A stretch of DNA of 64,000 bases from Azolla caroliniana (Eukaryota > Plantae > Polypodiophyta). Of the stretch, positions 14,193 to 27,790 are shown one piece after another. Position 1 is the stretch's first letter. Each line of letters begins with the position of its first letter. The translations under genes were made by a program, and so were the position numbers. Under the pieces are notes generated by a model, which was not told the origin of the DNA, ran no database searches, and was given only the letters and a program-made list of their open reading frames with translations. The DNA is taken from positions 16,678,001-16,742,000 of the forward strand of contig JBHGNT010000013.1 of assembly GCA_043228905.1 (NCBI GenBank), read 5' to 3'.

Positions 14193-17100
14193 ATTATGGA
14201 TCGAACTAATGATGGTCAAAAGAATAAAAAGGTTAAAGGAAACGAATGGATTAAGGGTGCTTAACCACAACGGCTACCCCTGAGCGAAGGACACAAATAC
14301 CATAAGTATCCCGTACCACTACCGAATATTACCTTATGTTATACCCTGGTTAACGAAATAATGGATCCCAAGAAGAGAGGTTAGCCTCACCAATAGAGTC
14401 TCGACAACGTCTCGAGATATTGTAATGACGGGGGTAGGTGTCCCCTTTATATAGCTCCCTAACCAACATGTGTTCCCATGTGTCATAGGTTCATATAGTT
14501 TTATCCCAGTTCCTAGGATAACCTGTTTCTGACTATCTTACCCTTAACCCATTAAAATTAGCTACAAAATTGGTTTGTAAGGTATGCTTACAACACGCAC
14601 GCACACATTTTATTATTATCTTTAGAGGTCAAATATGACAAATGAGACAAAAATTATAACATTTTCATGTAATGCACGTGAAAGTGAGTAGCGGCTCTCA
14701 ATATTCAAAACCTTTACTAATGAATGTCTCAATTGAGAGTGAGTGCACAATATGCTTGAGAAATTCATGCAAGGATTGGGTTTGGTTGAAGATGTGTGGA
14801 AAGCATAGTTGAATGTGATCAAAGGCAAGGCATTATATCAAATTGTGATACTCAAACTTGTGTACAATCAACTACTAAAAACTCCTAAGAGATATAAGGA
14901 GGGAGGGATTATCCCTTAATCCAATCCATTCAGTGAGTGTATTGTATGTATGTATGTATATATATATATATATATATATATGTTGCATTGTAGTGTCAAG
15001 AATGTCTCCGCCCCTCTCTCGCAAATCATCTTATTGTGCCATCTTCATTCATTTCCATGAGAAGTTCCTAATGATGGTGTGGGTTGGATTGGTCAGGATT
15101 TTTCTTGTTGTTTTTAGGCTACGAGAGTATTGGGGAATACATGTTGGCACCATATCATGTTTCAAATGGTGAGCACCATGTCTACAAATTCTCTCTTGAA
15201 TTGAAATCTCAAAGTATTATTGCTTCATGGATGGTTTAAAATTTTGCTTTGATCTATCTATAGTTGTGAATTCTGTAATATCAAATCCTATGTTAGGCAT
15301 TTGTGACCACTGACTCCAACTCATTTTCATGATATCATCAATTGATACCTTGACCCTCATAAAACCTAGACATTTCTTGATCTTGCTTCAGATCCCTTCT
15401 CAAGTAGCTCATATACTTGATCTTATACCTAAATTCGAATGTGCATACATTCTAGACATTTTAGTTTTTGTGTTCCCACTACATGAATCGTCTAAAGGAA
15501 CATTTTTCTCTTCCAACAAGCGAAATCGCTAAACATTTGCATTTACATTTTCACGAGTATTAAGGAATTTATGACCATTGACAAATCCAAGTTCCCTCTT
15601 TTATGGTATATGAAATGGTATACTCTTAATCTATTTTTCTCTTTTACATCCTAAATTTAAGGCAATAGCTTTATGACTACATTCGTAAGCTTTAGCATAT
15701 TTAGTAGTGGATTGGAATTTTCGTTGTGATGGCAATATATTTATATCCTAGTTGGCTAATTGTTACTTTGCTAACCTTGTGATTATGAATTCAATTTTAA
15801 CCGCATTTACAAATTTCCATTGCTCTCATGCTAATCATACTATTGTGTACCTTTCACTAGTGAAGGCATAAAAGTTTTCTACATTCTACCTCAATTTGGT
15901 TGTTATAACTTGTTTTGCTCGATCTTGATACATGTATAAAATCTTGGCTATCATAGTTTCATCATAAGATTGATGATGGTTGACGTGTGTTAGTGCCAAT
16001 TGGCCTGTTCTATACATGTTTATTTAGGAGCACATTGATATATCTACACGAGCCAATTTGAAAAACAATGTTGGTTGATTCCAAATTCTTGTATCTCTTC
16101 CTGAGAACCCTTGGAATTAGTACCACCGATACCCCCACTGACTCTTCCGAGAAATCGAGATTCATTTATACCTTTCTTGATAGGGAGGAGTTGGACACCA
16201 ATTCTATCCTGATCCTTGTGAAATGAGTAATTTTTATTGGAATCGTTGAAACTCCTAAAAGAATACAGATGTGACCCGTATCACACAAGGATCTCCTATC
16301 ATTATTTTATCCACACACGATCTCATATTATATACATGATTCGCATTAAGTTTATTCACTATAACATTTGTACTTCTCTTGCAATCTTGTTATGTAGGAA
16401 TTTTAGGTTACGACAACATTATATCATAAGATAACAATTAACATATGTTTCTTAATTGTGTATTACTAATATGTTTAGAATTCAAGACTGGATTCATATT
16501 AAAGCTTCTTGGTCAAAATCTGCAAGTATTCATCACAATGAGGCTGAAGAGTTCCTATCACTGCGTTATCAAGGACATTTGAGAAGAAGATGACATATGA
16601 AGATCCTTAGATGGGGCAACTATGCGACCACCAATCTTTACACAAATAAATATCTTTCTAATGTCCATGAGAGACTGATTGTGATCTATGAGATGGGGCA
16701 TAGCCCATGGAAAGATCAAACTTGGATTCCCTCAATGTTATGACTTTGATGCTAGGGTGTAAACCACCAACCCAACAACGAAAGGGATAAAAGAAAGGAT
16801 CTTGTTCCTTCCTATTTGAGCACTCCTTTTTCTTGAAGGAATGGAAAGAACGGTTATCTCCCACTGTAGAGAATAAAATAGAATAGATTTTTTTTTTGTC
16901 CACTAGGAGGCCAATTTTGACCTATAGGACAAAATCAACATATCATCTTAAATGTGTCTCCTTCCTAAGAAGGGGGTCACTACTCTGTAATAAAAATTTG
17001 ATTGTCTGGCTACAGGACAAAATCAACATATCATCTTCTTCATAAGAACGGGGTCACTACTCTGCAATAAAAACTTGATTATTTGGCTGATCCACGAAAG

Positions 17101-17842
17101 TGTACACTATGGAAGAAAGAGTCAAGACTAAGTATGAGTTGGGTTATGTGCACCCAAAAGTGCTTGAGGGGAGCAACTCTATTAAATTTGGAAGATCATA
17201 TGGCTGCTTAAAAATTCAGCCTCTCAAAAGGTATGTGTGTTGGCACTCACTTACACGAGAATTATATGTTATTATGTAGAATGAAGATTGAAGCTTCATT
17301 GTAGTATGCTGCCAATTGTGTTCAATCATTTAAAATGCTTAGAATCAGTTACGGTTCAAAACTTAGCACTTACTTAAGATTGGTCAAGGTGGAACTGCCA
17401 AAGTTCAGACAATATGGTAATTCTGTACCAATGCAGGTACTCATGTCTTCATGGCTCCTATATTGGGATGGAAACGAAAGTCTAATGTTTGAATACAATC
17501 ATTTGGTGAAGTTTTGCTTGGAAACCATGAAAAATGCTATTTTAGTGCCGTGCATGCAAATTATGCCCCTCAAAAATATGTGAACCCGGTTTGTTTCATA
17601 TACCGTCTAATATGATCATATCTGGGAATCATTAATTCCTTTGCCTATTCTTGGGGGCCCAATTCCCAAATCAGGATAAGTTATTCAATAGTGAAAAACG
17701 ATTCTTCTCGTGCACACCAATGTTGTCCACCATAAGTTGATTACGGATAGAGGTTGGTATTTCCAAGGTAAACGAAGAATGGTACCAACAAATCCTTTAT
17801 ACAATATGTATGAAAAGGAAAATAATCAAAGAATTAACATGC

Positions 17843-19948
17843 TTATACAGGGCAAGTTTGTACCTTTACATGAGATAAATGGGATGCACTTGATGCAACC
17901 ACACTCTCGAGAAACTCCATGCATTTAACTTCCGTACAAATTACATTCTCAGATTGGACGATTGTACCACAAGACTCCTCATTTTCAGACTTTAATCGTC
18001 TTGCATCTAGACCTCCATATAACGGAAATGAAGTAATTGCATTTGGAGGAAATTGAGTATTCTGCAGCTTGCATATGTCATTCATGGATTCATGTGCCCC
18101 CTTAGAAAGGCTTAATTCTAGAAGTCCTGCTTTAATGTACATATTCCTTGCCAAATCTTCCTGCCCTCCTTGACATAATGCTATGATAAGTTGACTGTAT
18201 GATGTGGAATCTGGGCTAAAACCATCGGCAATGAGCTGGTGCATCCATCTTTGAGCACCCTTAGCATCACCTGCCTTAGCACAAACTGTAATAAGTGTGT
18301 TGTAGGTAATGAGGGTAAATTTGACATCAGAGTCATGCATCTCGTCAAGCAACTGGTCCAGTTCCTTGTGTTTCTGTGCAGCCCCATACACAGAAATCAT
18401 GATGGTGTAAGCATTTATATTGGGTTTGACTTTGGACGTTTTCATGTGCTCCCAAACTAGCTCTGCTTTCTCTGTTAGACCACCCTTCTCTAAAGTCGAC
18501 AGCAATGCACCATACGAGAGCACATTGGGTTGGTGTCCCTTCTCTATCATCTTTTGCAGAATGTCAACAGCTGATTTCGGGTCCACTCTGGTAGCACAGG
18601 CAACTAAAGAAGTGTCCCACGCAAAGCGATCAGGTACAATGCCATGTGCTTCCATCTTCTCCAGGAGCTGCACGTTCCAACTGGAAGTGCCCCTTGTCTT
18701 AGAAGCCGCCAGCAAAATGTTGAAGTGAGACCTTATTATGGAATATGACTCTGCATCAGGCTGCGGCCCATCTCTTCCCATGGTTTCAAACACCTCCAAC
18801 GCAGCCCACCATTTCTTCCATTTGCCCATGAACTTCATCACATGATTGCATATTCGAACATCTAATGGAAGGCTACATTTCCTTCTCCGTGCTAGCACAT
18901 ATTTCGCTATTCTATAATCCATCTTTCTTGACCCACAATCCCATAGAATATTATCGTAGTGCTGAGGCGAGAAATCTAAACTGCTTGCATCCGCCATTTC
19001 AAGAAGACCTATTACATAATCAGGACCTTTATCCGCAAGCACTGCAACGGACACCATTCCCGCATGAAAGGAAGCTACCTCTTCTCTCAGCTCTTCAATG
19101 GCATCATTCATTCCAGCCTTTACAAGTATATCCTTTGCTGATCTGTATGTTTGTAGTGCACTCGCTACATCAGATGCCTCAGTCGAACCCCACAAAAGGG
19201 CTCTGAAAGTGGCATGATTTGGATTCAGCCCATTGTTTGTCAGCTCTTGAAAGACATTCATGGCTTCAGAGCGAAGATGTTGACGCTCGTAACACTCAAT
19301 CATGTTATTATACGTAACAAGATTCGGCTGAATGTTGTGCTTCTGCATTTGTTCCATGACATAGCTGAAATGCTCTAAATTACCCCCACGAGCTTTCAAG
19401 ACACCGAGAAGGCTACTGTAGATGTACACATTGGGAAGCTCAGGGTGTGACAGGAGAAGCCACTGGAAAAGGAAGAAGGCGACATGGGGTTTCTTCAATT
19501 GTCCAAGCTTCTGGATGACACTAGTGTAGACATGGGCAGGGAAATAGAGGTGTTGCAAGGCTGCATCCACATCATTCACATCTTGGGCATCCTGGAGGCA
19601 GTGGGCAATGGCACGGCCAACAGGCTTATAGTCTGTACTGGGTTTATAACCATGGTCTGCACTAATGGTGCTGGGCGTGGGATCTTGATCAGAATGGAGC
19701 TGTTTCTCGAGCTCCATGGCGGCATGGATCTGCTCCAGAAGTGCACGCTGCTGGGATGGAACCGTCGTCCTAGCACTTTCTACAGTTGAGATCAGAGTGG
19801 TGGACAGGGTGGGACAGACATCCCCATCGGAGAGAGGAGTGATGCTCTGTGCCCCCAAGTTACAGTAGGAGGCCCTGAAGCGGACCTTGAATGTGGATAT
19901 GGAGACCTTGTTGGGTGAGGAATAGAATACCTGTTGTTTTTGTGGCAC

Positions 19949-19982
<34 letters not shown>

Positions 19983-20011
19983 TAAGGAGCAGCAGCAAGA
20001 GCCATATCCAT
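17843..20011 (-). CDS. LPE1: P-class pentatricopeptide repeat protein, LPE1 (At3g46610)-like, probably plastid-targeted; intronless
   Basis: 780-aa ORF with tandem 35-aa PPR motifs. The stretch CNHVMKFMGKWKKWWAALEVFE...SHFNILLAAS...SYGALLSTLEKG matches At3g46610/LPE1 as I recall it. Likely start is MDMALAAA at 20011, followed by a His10 tract and a Ser/Thr-rich transit-like peptide. The ORF is open to 20185. Confidence 0.85.
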
Positions 20012-22995
20012 CTCAGAGGCACAGATGCTCAGGCGTGGAAAGGATAGGACAGATCGACATGATGATGAGCAAAAACGCCAAGAGGAACCATATCCATGGA
20101 TCTCACACAGAAAGTAGAGAAGAACGAATATGGAAAGGATAGGTAGCACATAGATATGTATGGTATGTGTGTAACAAGTGTACATGTAGTAGCTCGTGTC
20201 TATTATGCATCAAATCATAAATAGGGCTGGCGAGGGAATCGCGGCCACGGACACTGCAGGCAGGTTGCTCAGAGGAAGGCGTGTGCACAATCGGCACCGT
20301 CCGATTTGGATAAGAAAGAACGCACGAAAAAAAAATCTGTCTGAGGTCGCCCAACTCTGTTAGTAGTCACCCAACCCTGACCATGGTAGGTTGTGCGCCA
20401 CCACCCAAGTATTTTACAACAATAGATGAAATACAATAATACTAAAATGTAATGGTTTAGTGCTTAGAGTTATTTTGTTTGCTTAGTAGGTGCAAGTTTC
20501 AAATCTCTTTTCCTTTCTTATTGAGAAGAGGGTTTATTTTGCTTATTGGTCAATTTTGCTATCATTTAGGATTTCTTCTTCTTCAACTTCTTCCTTTTTT
20601 AGGGTTTTGGGATTTTAGCACACAAAGCATCACAATTTATACACAACACATAGTTGAGAAATGATTCAGGCCATACCTCCCCTTATTGGGTATTGTTTCA
20701 GCCCAATCATTATCAAAGTCTATTTACGTCTTCAACGTACTGGCCATCTATACACAAAAGTTTCAATACCCGAAATTATGGTAATCTTCAAAAAACCACA
20801 AATATCTCCAATGCATCGATTACATGCAATCGGGATCTAAACCCTAATGTAAACCCAGATACAACCATCATCCATCCAAATGCACAGAACCAAGAATATT
20901 CAGATGTCATCAAATGCTCGAATCCATAATCAATAACATCTTAACATTTACCCTAAAACCAAAAAAGTTTCATAGTTTCTATTCTTGTACCCAAAAAAAG
21001 TAAGAATCATTAAAATACATACCTCTTGTGATAGGTTTTGCGGATCGGATGTGGATGCAAGTGATTGGCAGGTGCTTGTCGATGACAAGTGGTGCTCGAG
21101 GCAGATTCTTCCCTCCTAAAACCCTAGTGCTCTATTTGAAAAATAGATGAAAATGATAGGCATCAAGGTTTTTATAGTCAACAAAAATAATGAGTAGGGC
21201 TCTTGCATCAAGCGAGTCGGGCTCCTCAGGCTCCTACATAATATGAGTCAATCTCCCCAAAACATCTTTTTTATTTTCCACATCGTACGGTGCATATCGT
21301 AATCACCCTTAGGTGACTGGCCTGCAATGTCCGTGCTCGTGATTCCCTCGTTTGCCCTCTTTAATATATGGTAGTAGTTAGACACGTCAATGTATGGTAT
21401 GCGCCTTTAGACCTGCCATATCATGACAACAATGTGGACTAGCAACAATCAAATACTTCTTTTGTATTGTTCAAGTAGAAGATACTACTCAATGTTTTAT
21501 ACAATTTCTAATTGCATGTCAAATTCGGAGTTACGTTTCTCAAATTTGGCAAGTTTCATCATGGTATTATTGATACTAAGACACTGAGTGTTTGCACAAA
21601 ATCACATAGGTTGACACCAAAATCAGAGATCTAGACACCATTTCCTATTTTTGAGAAATTGGGTATTGTGTCGTAATTGGGTTATATGCAATGCTTGTTT
21701 ATTTTATGGTAGGCATGGAGTCAAAGCATATCTACGAAATAGAAGGTAACATTCGTGGCAAATTTCTTTATTGGAGCAAGTAATTATTTTTTTCTCATTA
21801 GAGGGTTCGTCTTGCCTATTGGCAATTTGACATGTTCCACTATCCGTATAATGGTGAGCATACTCTATAGTGGTACCATTGTAATGTTCACACATTTATT
21901 AATATAATTGTGTGTTTTCATAGAGAGAGAGAGAGAGAGAGAGAGCACCATCACGGAAGAACTAGCTGATAACTCACAATTTGCTTACTTGATGCTGAAG
22001 AAGTAGTTTTCATTGACATTCTAAGGCATAAGGTAATATTTATAAACTACCCTTCCAAGCGTAAACGGGACATAAGTGTAAGAATCTTAAAGAGTGAAGA
22101 ACTATACAGGTGAAATGATAAACATTTGTTAAGGGTTCGTCCTCGCTATAATCCCTAGAACTAATGCTTACACTTCTCTTTCTCTCCTCAATTACGATCT
22201 TAACTCAAACATCCATCATAAACATTGTGCTTGCTAGCTTGAAGGCTTTTAGGTAAAGGATGGTGTAATGAAAGCTTAGCCATGTTGGTGAGTATGTAAA
22301 TTGCTTGGATCATGGTAAAGTATCACATAAGTTAACTATTTAATGATGTAAAAGTTATTAAGCCATGGAGTAGGATTAGGATTTGATTTCGTAATTAGCT
22401 TGTATGTTAATAGATCGAGAGTGGTTAACACTCATTCTTGCCAATCTTGCCAACACAAGGGTAGATGGTAGTAAATATATACGCCTTTCTATTTCACTGC
22501 AACTCCATAATGTTTATTGCCCAATTGGCTATAATCATGATTGATGTCGACATAATCCAATGCGATGACCACAACCTTACATGTATATGTAAGAAGTGAC
22601 TGTAACTCATGGATATATGTCAAAAGATGAAATGTCTATTAGAAACCAATTTGAAAATTGGTGATTCATAAAGAAGTGTAAATCACAGGAGAAACGATTA
22701 TTATACTATGTGCTAAAGAAATAGATAAATAAGTAAGCTAGAACAATAATCTAGTTTGTTGCAACTTTGCTATTGACTACTTGGCCCTTGCATTGTCATC
22801 TACAATAAAATCCAAAACGCATCGTAGATGGGAACGTCTAATGTCCTAATTCAATGTCTAGAGCATCAAAAGTATGGTGCTACAAAGTCATGTAGTTCCC
22901 TTAGGACTCCATAGTCTTGGGAGTGATGAAATGGTACCGATGAGGTTTGCAAATGTTAAGATTGTATAAGTCAAAAATCGTATACAATTGAAAAC

Positions 22996-23698
22996 AATGA
23001 AGAGAAAAGGGGCGACAAAGGTTTAAATCTATATTTGTGAAATAACATATGTATATCTTTTTAACAAGTGTAGTAACATAACTATCACCTTTATCTAGAA
23101 AGCTCCATAGTTGTTGGCTTCTCTTTTTCACACCATAAAGTATAAAACTATTTATGAGAAAAAGGCAAGAAGTGGCACCGACTCATTCCACATCCACATT
23201 TATCATTGTGTTTTGTAATTGGCTAGTAAAGTAATGTCTCATGAATCTCTCTCTTAAGTTTGTCAATAACATTGCGATTAGTGTTTGCTTAAACATGGAG
23301 GAGTCAATCAAAACATAACCTCCTTTGAGCCTTTGAGGTTATTCCTCCTCAATATATTATACGAAGACACATAGGGGAACTCATGATGAAAATAACTAGG
23401 TAAAGGAATTAGGAACCATTGTATTACATAAGAAAATTTCTCAGAGGTGTTAATTATGTATATAGTTCCTGTTTCTCGATATATACATCCGCTAGGGTCA
23501 AATTGAAAAACATATTAGAAAATTATATTCGCATTGCATGTTGATTGTCGGATCACTTCTTTCGTTTTCTTGAACGAAAAGTGTGAGGTATGAGCAATAA
23601 AGAAACATAGAAGTTGAAATAGAAAATAATTGCGTCCTTGAACTATTTGTTCAATGCAATGCAATTTAGGTGTGAGCAATAATATTAGCTCAAGGCAT
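22996..23698 (+). repeat. Direct repeat copy 1 (~700 bp), in the 3' flank of LecRK
   Basis: Co-linear with 27791-28459 (AATGAAGAGAAAAGGGG...TGCAATTTAGGTGTGAGCAATAATATTA). Confidence 0.88.
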
Positions 23699-24228
23699 AT
23701 CTTATAAGAGAACGTTTTTTCAGAGATCTCATCACCCATGCATTATTGAGCAGTCTATCTTAAATACAATCAGGTCAAACATTATTAAGCAATGTGTATC
23801 CATGATTTTGTGTATAATGCTGCACATGATTACCATCCACATCCTTTACAACATTGTATTTGCTATTTCATCACTCTTTTGCATCCATGGAGAAGGATAT
23901 TATTAAGAGAATTGATAAGCTTAGTAACGAAATGTGAGCAAGCCAACAAACAAACAACCGGATCTTTATACATATCCTTTAATAGAACATTTACTCACTA
24001 TTTATTGACATGCATATGAGGGAATATTCTCTACTGAACACTGATAAATATGGCGAATTCATAACCTTAGTGAAAAAAAGGTGTGAGTTGGATAGATTCT
24101 CTCTATGGTGTTAAACTTGGGGCAAGAATATGTACCACATCAAGTTGTTAAGCCATAGATCTAACCGCCAATTATGCACAGTAGATAAATAAATATACGC
24201 AGACTGCTTCTACGTTCTCGAGGTAGAG

Positions 24229-26400
24229 TTAGCTTGTGTTGTAAGTGTTACTAGAGCCAAGAGATTGGGACGAGGTATAGTGGTCATTAGCATAACTAGA
24301 GAGAGATGTCGTAGACTTGATTCCATCGAGAAACCCGGGATGGTGAAGTATATAAGCGCCGGGGTATGGGGGCCTTGATGGGCCAAGGGGCATTACTACT
24401 CCATGTTGTAGGGTATGGAGCACTTCTTGCATTTCGGGTCGTGCCTCGGGGATCAGATGGCAACACTTGAGCGCGACATGTAGGATGCACCTCCAAATTG
24501 TGGTGTCCACCTCCCCATCAATCATCTCCATCCGTGGATCCAACGCCTTCATTAATGCGCCACTCTCGTGCTTCGACCACACCCAATTGAGTAGAACCCG
24601 CTCCTCGGTTAGATCGAAGCTTAGGTCGATGACCCGACGGCCACATGCCACCTCTAGCGCGAGCACGCCGTAGCTATACACGTCCACTTTGCTGGTCGGT
24701 GTGCGTGTGAACACGACCTCGGGCGCGGTGTATCCGGGCGTGCCGGCGGCGGTCATTGTTTGGGTCATGTGGTTGTCATCCTTGAGGAGGCGTAGAAGCC
24801 CGAAGTCGCCCAGCTTGGCCACAAAATCGGACGTGAGCAGCACGTTGGCGGCCTTCACATCCCGGTGCACCGCCCCGGCCCCATGCAGATGGCTAAGAGC
24901 TTCTGCCACTCCCTTCAGGATCTCTACCCTAGTCTCACTCCTCAAAACACCAGCTGTGTTGTCCTTCCTGCTGCTGAACAGGCGGTCCGCCAGGCTTCCA
25001 TTGCTCATGAATTGGTACACCAACATGGCCTCCCCTTTCTCGTAGCACCATCCTTTGAGCTCCACCAGGCGTGGGTGCTGCAGCTTGTTGATCATATTGA
25101 TCTCCGAGAAGAACTCATCACTCTTTCTCAGCCCCTCTTTGTTCAACCGCTTCACCGCCACTTCTTCGTACACCATCGAACCTTTCTTGCCAGTCTGCTG
25201 CGTTACTAATAATCTCCCCTTGTAGACCGTGCTGTATCCGCCGCGCCCCACTCTGGCCTTGTCGTGGAAGCCCTGGGTGGCCTTCCATAGCTGCTTGTAA
25301 GTGTATCGCGGCATAGCGGCTGGAACAAGCACATCATTCGGAATGAGCGCAAGCTCCGTAATTTGATCTCCATGAGGTGAATGGCAGCATCTTTTCCGAT
25401 AAGCTATTACCGCCACGAGCACTACGATGGCCGCTACGACGCCAATGACACTAGCTGGAATGATAATACGTTCTGTGTTGGCTGGATTCGGCTTCGGTGA
25501 AGGTTGTGTGGTTAGTGACAAAAACCAGGAGAAGACTACACATCCTTGGTAGCGTCCGCCTGTGGTTGCGGACAGGCCGACAAATAGTGGTGGGGAATCG
25601 AGGAAGACGGTAGAGAGGTCATAAGTCAAGTTGAGGAGGGGATCGGGGGGCCGAGTTACGGTATCGGGTATCATATTATTAATGTTGACCATGCGGAGCT
25701 CGATGGATGTATTGGCAGCATAGTAATCCACCCACACCATGAAAGAGGAGTTCTTGTAGAGATCGAGATCCGGATGCGGTGAAGAAGAGTTGAGATTGAC
25801 TGTGGCAGTTGAGATGAGGCTGTTGATGTCGATCCCGGCGTGGTTGCTGTTGGGATCCTGCAGCTCCACATTCATGTAGTTGTCGAGTTCTACTGCAAAG
25901 AGATGGCGAGATGGATCGGTCACATTGTAGCTGTCATTGGAGGTGAGGCCCAGCATCATGCCCAAGCTACTTTGAGGAACGGTGTTATGAGGCGAGATAA
26001 AGAAGGCCATGCCATCTCCTGCAAACCCTACTCCGTCGGGAGCAGGAACGGATAATTCCTGGTAAGGAGTAATGAGCCGGAACTGGAAGGAGGTGCTGAA
26101 GGAGGTGATGTTGGTCTCCCATTGGAAGGAGACATCGTAGAGGAGCCAGCCCGTCTGTCTGTCCATCTCGTTCGGTTGCTGTTCGTTAGGGTCGGGTGTG
26201 AGCCAAATGGTGCCATCGCTTTTCAAAGAGGTAGCGTTTAGTTGGACAAGGTTAGAGGGCAGAGTTTTGTCTGTTTGAGCATAGCTAAACCTAAACTCAG
26301 CTTCAACAATGGCGCCATGGAATGCAGCAGTATATATCATCAGGAGGAGGAGGAGGTGCATGGAAATCAGTGTTGTAGTCATAGCCATGGCCATGGACAT
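24229..26400 (-). CDS. L-type (legume) lectin receptor-like Ser/Thr kinase, intronless
   Basis: Signal peptide; legume lectin domain (SFSTSFQF, GDGMAFFI, FAVELD, NHAGIDINS, VWVDY, FVGLSATTG); TM segment (IIIPASVIGVVAAIVVLVAVIAY); kinase (GRGGYSTVYKG, VAVK, HRDVKAANVLL, DFG, GTPGYTAPE, DVYSYG). Confidence 0.95.
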   Translation of the reverse strand: MSMAMAMTTTLISMHLLLLLMIYTAAFHGAIVEAEFRFSYAQTDKTLPSNLVQLNATSLKSDGTIWLTPDPNEQQPNEMDRQTGWLLYDVSFQWETNITSFSTSFQFRLITPYQELSVPAPDGVGFAGDGMAFFISPHNTVPQSSLGMMLGLTSNDSYNVTDPSRHLFAVELDNYMNVELQDPNSNHAGIDINSLISTATVNLNSSSPHPDLDLYKNSSFMVWVDYYAANTSIELRMVNINNMIPDTVTRPPDPLLNLTYDLSTVFLDSPPLFVGLSATTGGRYQGCVVFSWFLSLTTQPSPKPNPANTERIIIPASVIGVVAAIVVLVAVIAYRKRCCHSPHGDQITELALIPNDVLVPAAMPRYTYKQLWKATQGFHDKARVGRGGYSTVYKGRLLVTQQTGKKGSMVYEEVAVKRLNKEGLRKSDEFFSEINMINKLQHPRLVELKGWCYEKGEAMLVYQFMSNGSLADRLFSSRKDNTAGVLRSETRVEILKGVAEALSHLHGAGAVHRDVKAANVLLTSDFVAKLGDFGLLRLLKDDNHMTQTMTAAGTPGYTAPEVVFTRTPTSKVDVYSYGVLALEVACGRRVIDLSFDLTEERVLLNWVWSKHESGALMKALDPRMEMIDGEVDTTIWRCILHVALKCCHLIPEARPEMQEVLHTLQHGVVMPLGPSRPPYPGAYILHHPGFLDGIKSTTSLSSYANDHYTSSQSLGSSNTYNTS

Positions 26401-27736
26401 AGCCACTAAAACACACACACACGTATGTCCGTCTTGTCTCCTTGGACCTTTACTTTTAAAACACAACTAAGAGTCTAGACCAAGTCAAGCTAGGTGACCA
26501 TTTGCATTTTCTTGACTAAGAGAAAACCCAGGCTCTATAGGGCCCAAATCCTCACCCCCTTGTGTTACTAGGACACAATCAATCTTGTTGCCAACTCATC
26601 TTGTTCATTGTATGCATAAACTAATCATTGGAGGTTTGCGAGTCACATCCAATCTACAATTTACACGGAGTTGAATCTTCTCGCCTTCCACAACGTTATC
26701 CCTATATTCAACACCTTCCCTCGAGAAATTTTCTTTCATCACAATCACAAAGAGTCACGGATAATATATAATTAATTCCAAGCTAACATTATCATAATCA
26801 TCATTATTGTTTATCGTGAACGATATTGGTTTCTGATTGGATTGTTATTGGTCTACTTCAGAAATAGATCCTAAAAAATTCATACAAGATACAAATAGAG
26901 TTTCAAAGTATAATGATGCTTTAGGAACCAAACCTATGGTGAGGACCCTTTGAAGCTTAAATAATAAAGAGGAAGAAACATTTTTCCATTCCGTTTCACT
27001 TATGCTAGCCTCACCTCACTCTCCTCTTCACTTGTGGCAAGTACATACTTTGACCTCTCTCTCTTTTTTATTTTGTTGTTAGACTACTAGCACAATATCT
27101 TCTTGGGTTAGACACCCAATGAAAGGAATGTAGGGGTTGAACATGCATGGTATCTTCTTGGGTTCGAGACCCAAATTTCATTCCACTGTGGAATGTAGGG
27201 GTTGACTACATTACCTTCTCGTCTCTAGTGGACAACGTTAATAATTAAGCTACATCTATACGTATATTGTACCTAACTACAAAACCATATTCTTTGCCGA
27301 ACTGGGAAATTGTAGTAGTTATTGATACATGTTAGAGCCCATCTCGTTGTTTGCCATTCACCATTTGAATCATTGTTTCTATTCGACTTAGCTCACATGC
27401 ACTGTGATGTGAGATGGGGTATTGGGGCACAAGTGATAAGAATAGTCAACTTTGCACACTTTTTCCGAAACAAGTTTGGGTGTCTAAGTATCACACTTTG
27501 ACACAATGCTTTGCCTTTGATGATCACGCTTGGCTATGCTTTCCAAGCATATTTGACCAAACCCAATCCTTGCACAAATTTCTCTCACACTCACAATGTG
27601 CACACTCAATTGTAACATTCATTGGTGAAGTTCTTGAACATCGGGACTAGCAACTCACTTTCACATCTATTACGTGAAATGTAATATTTATGGTCTCATC
27701 ATTCATGTGTCATATTTGACCTTCATAGACGATAAT

Positions 27737-27787
<51 letters not shown>

Positions 27788-27790
27788 AAG

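Noticed and set aside
13507-14270. ORFs 13507-14022 (+), 13686-14270 (-) and 13892-14158 (-)
   Set aside because: Antisense or UTR frames driven by simple repeats (FAFAFA, SLSLSL).
14270-14595. Possible solo LTR upstream of the XBAT gene (TATA-like TATATAAAGGGG on the minus strand, ends ...CTTACAACA)
   Set aside because: No matching opposite terminus or TSD could be found, and there is no second copy in the window.
14860-16440. Possible highly decayed retroelement internal sequence
   Set aside because: No translatable diagnostic motif could be recovered by eye.
16920-17090. ~88-bp tandem duplication (a similar one lies at 8190-8420)
   Set aside because: Ordinary intergenic slippage duplications with no further structure.
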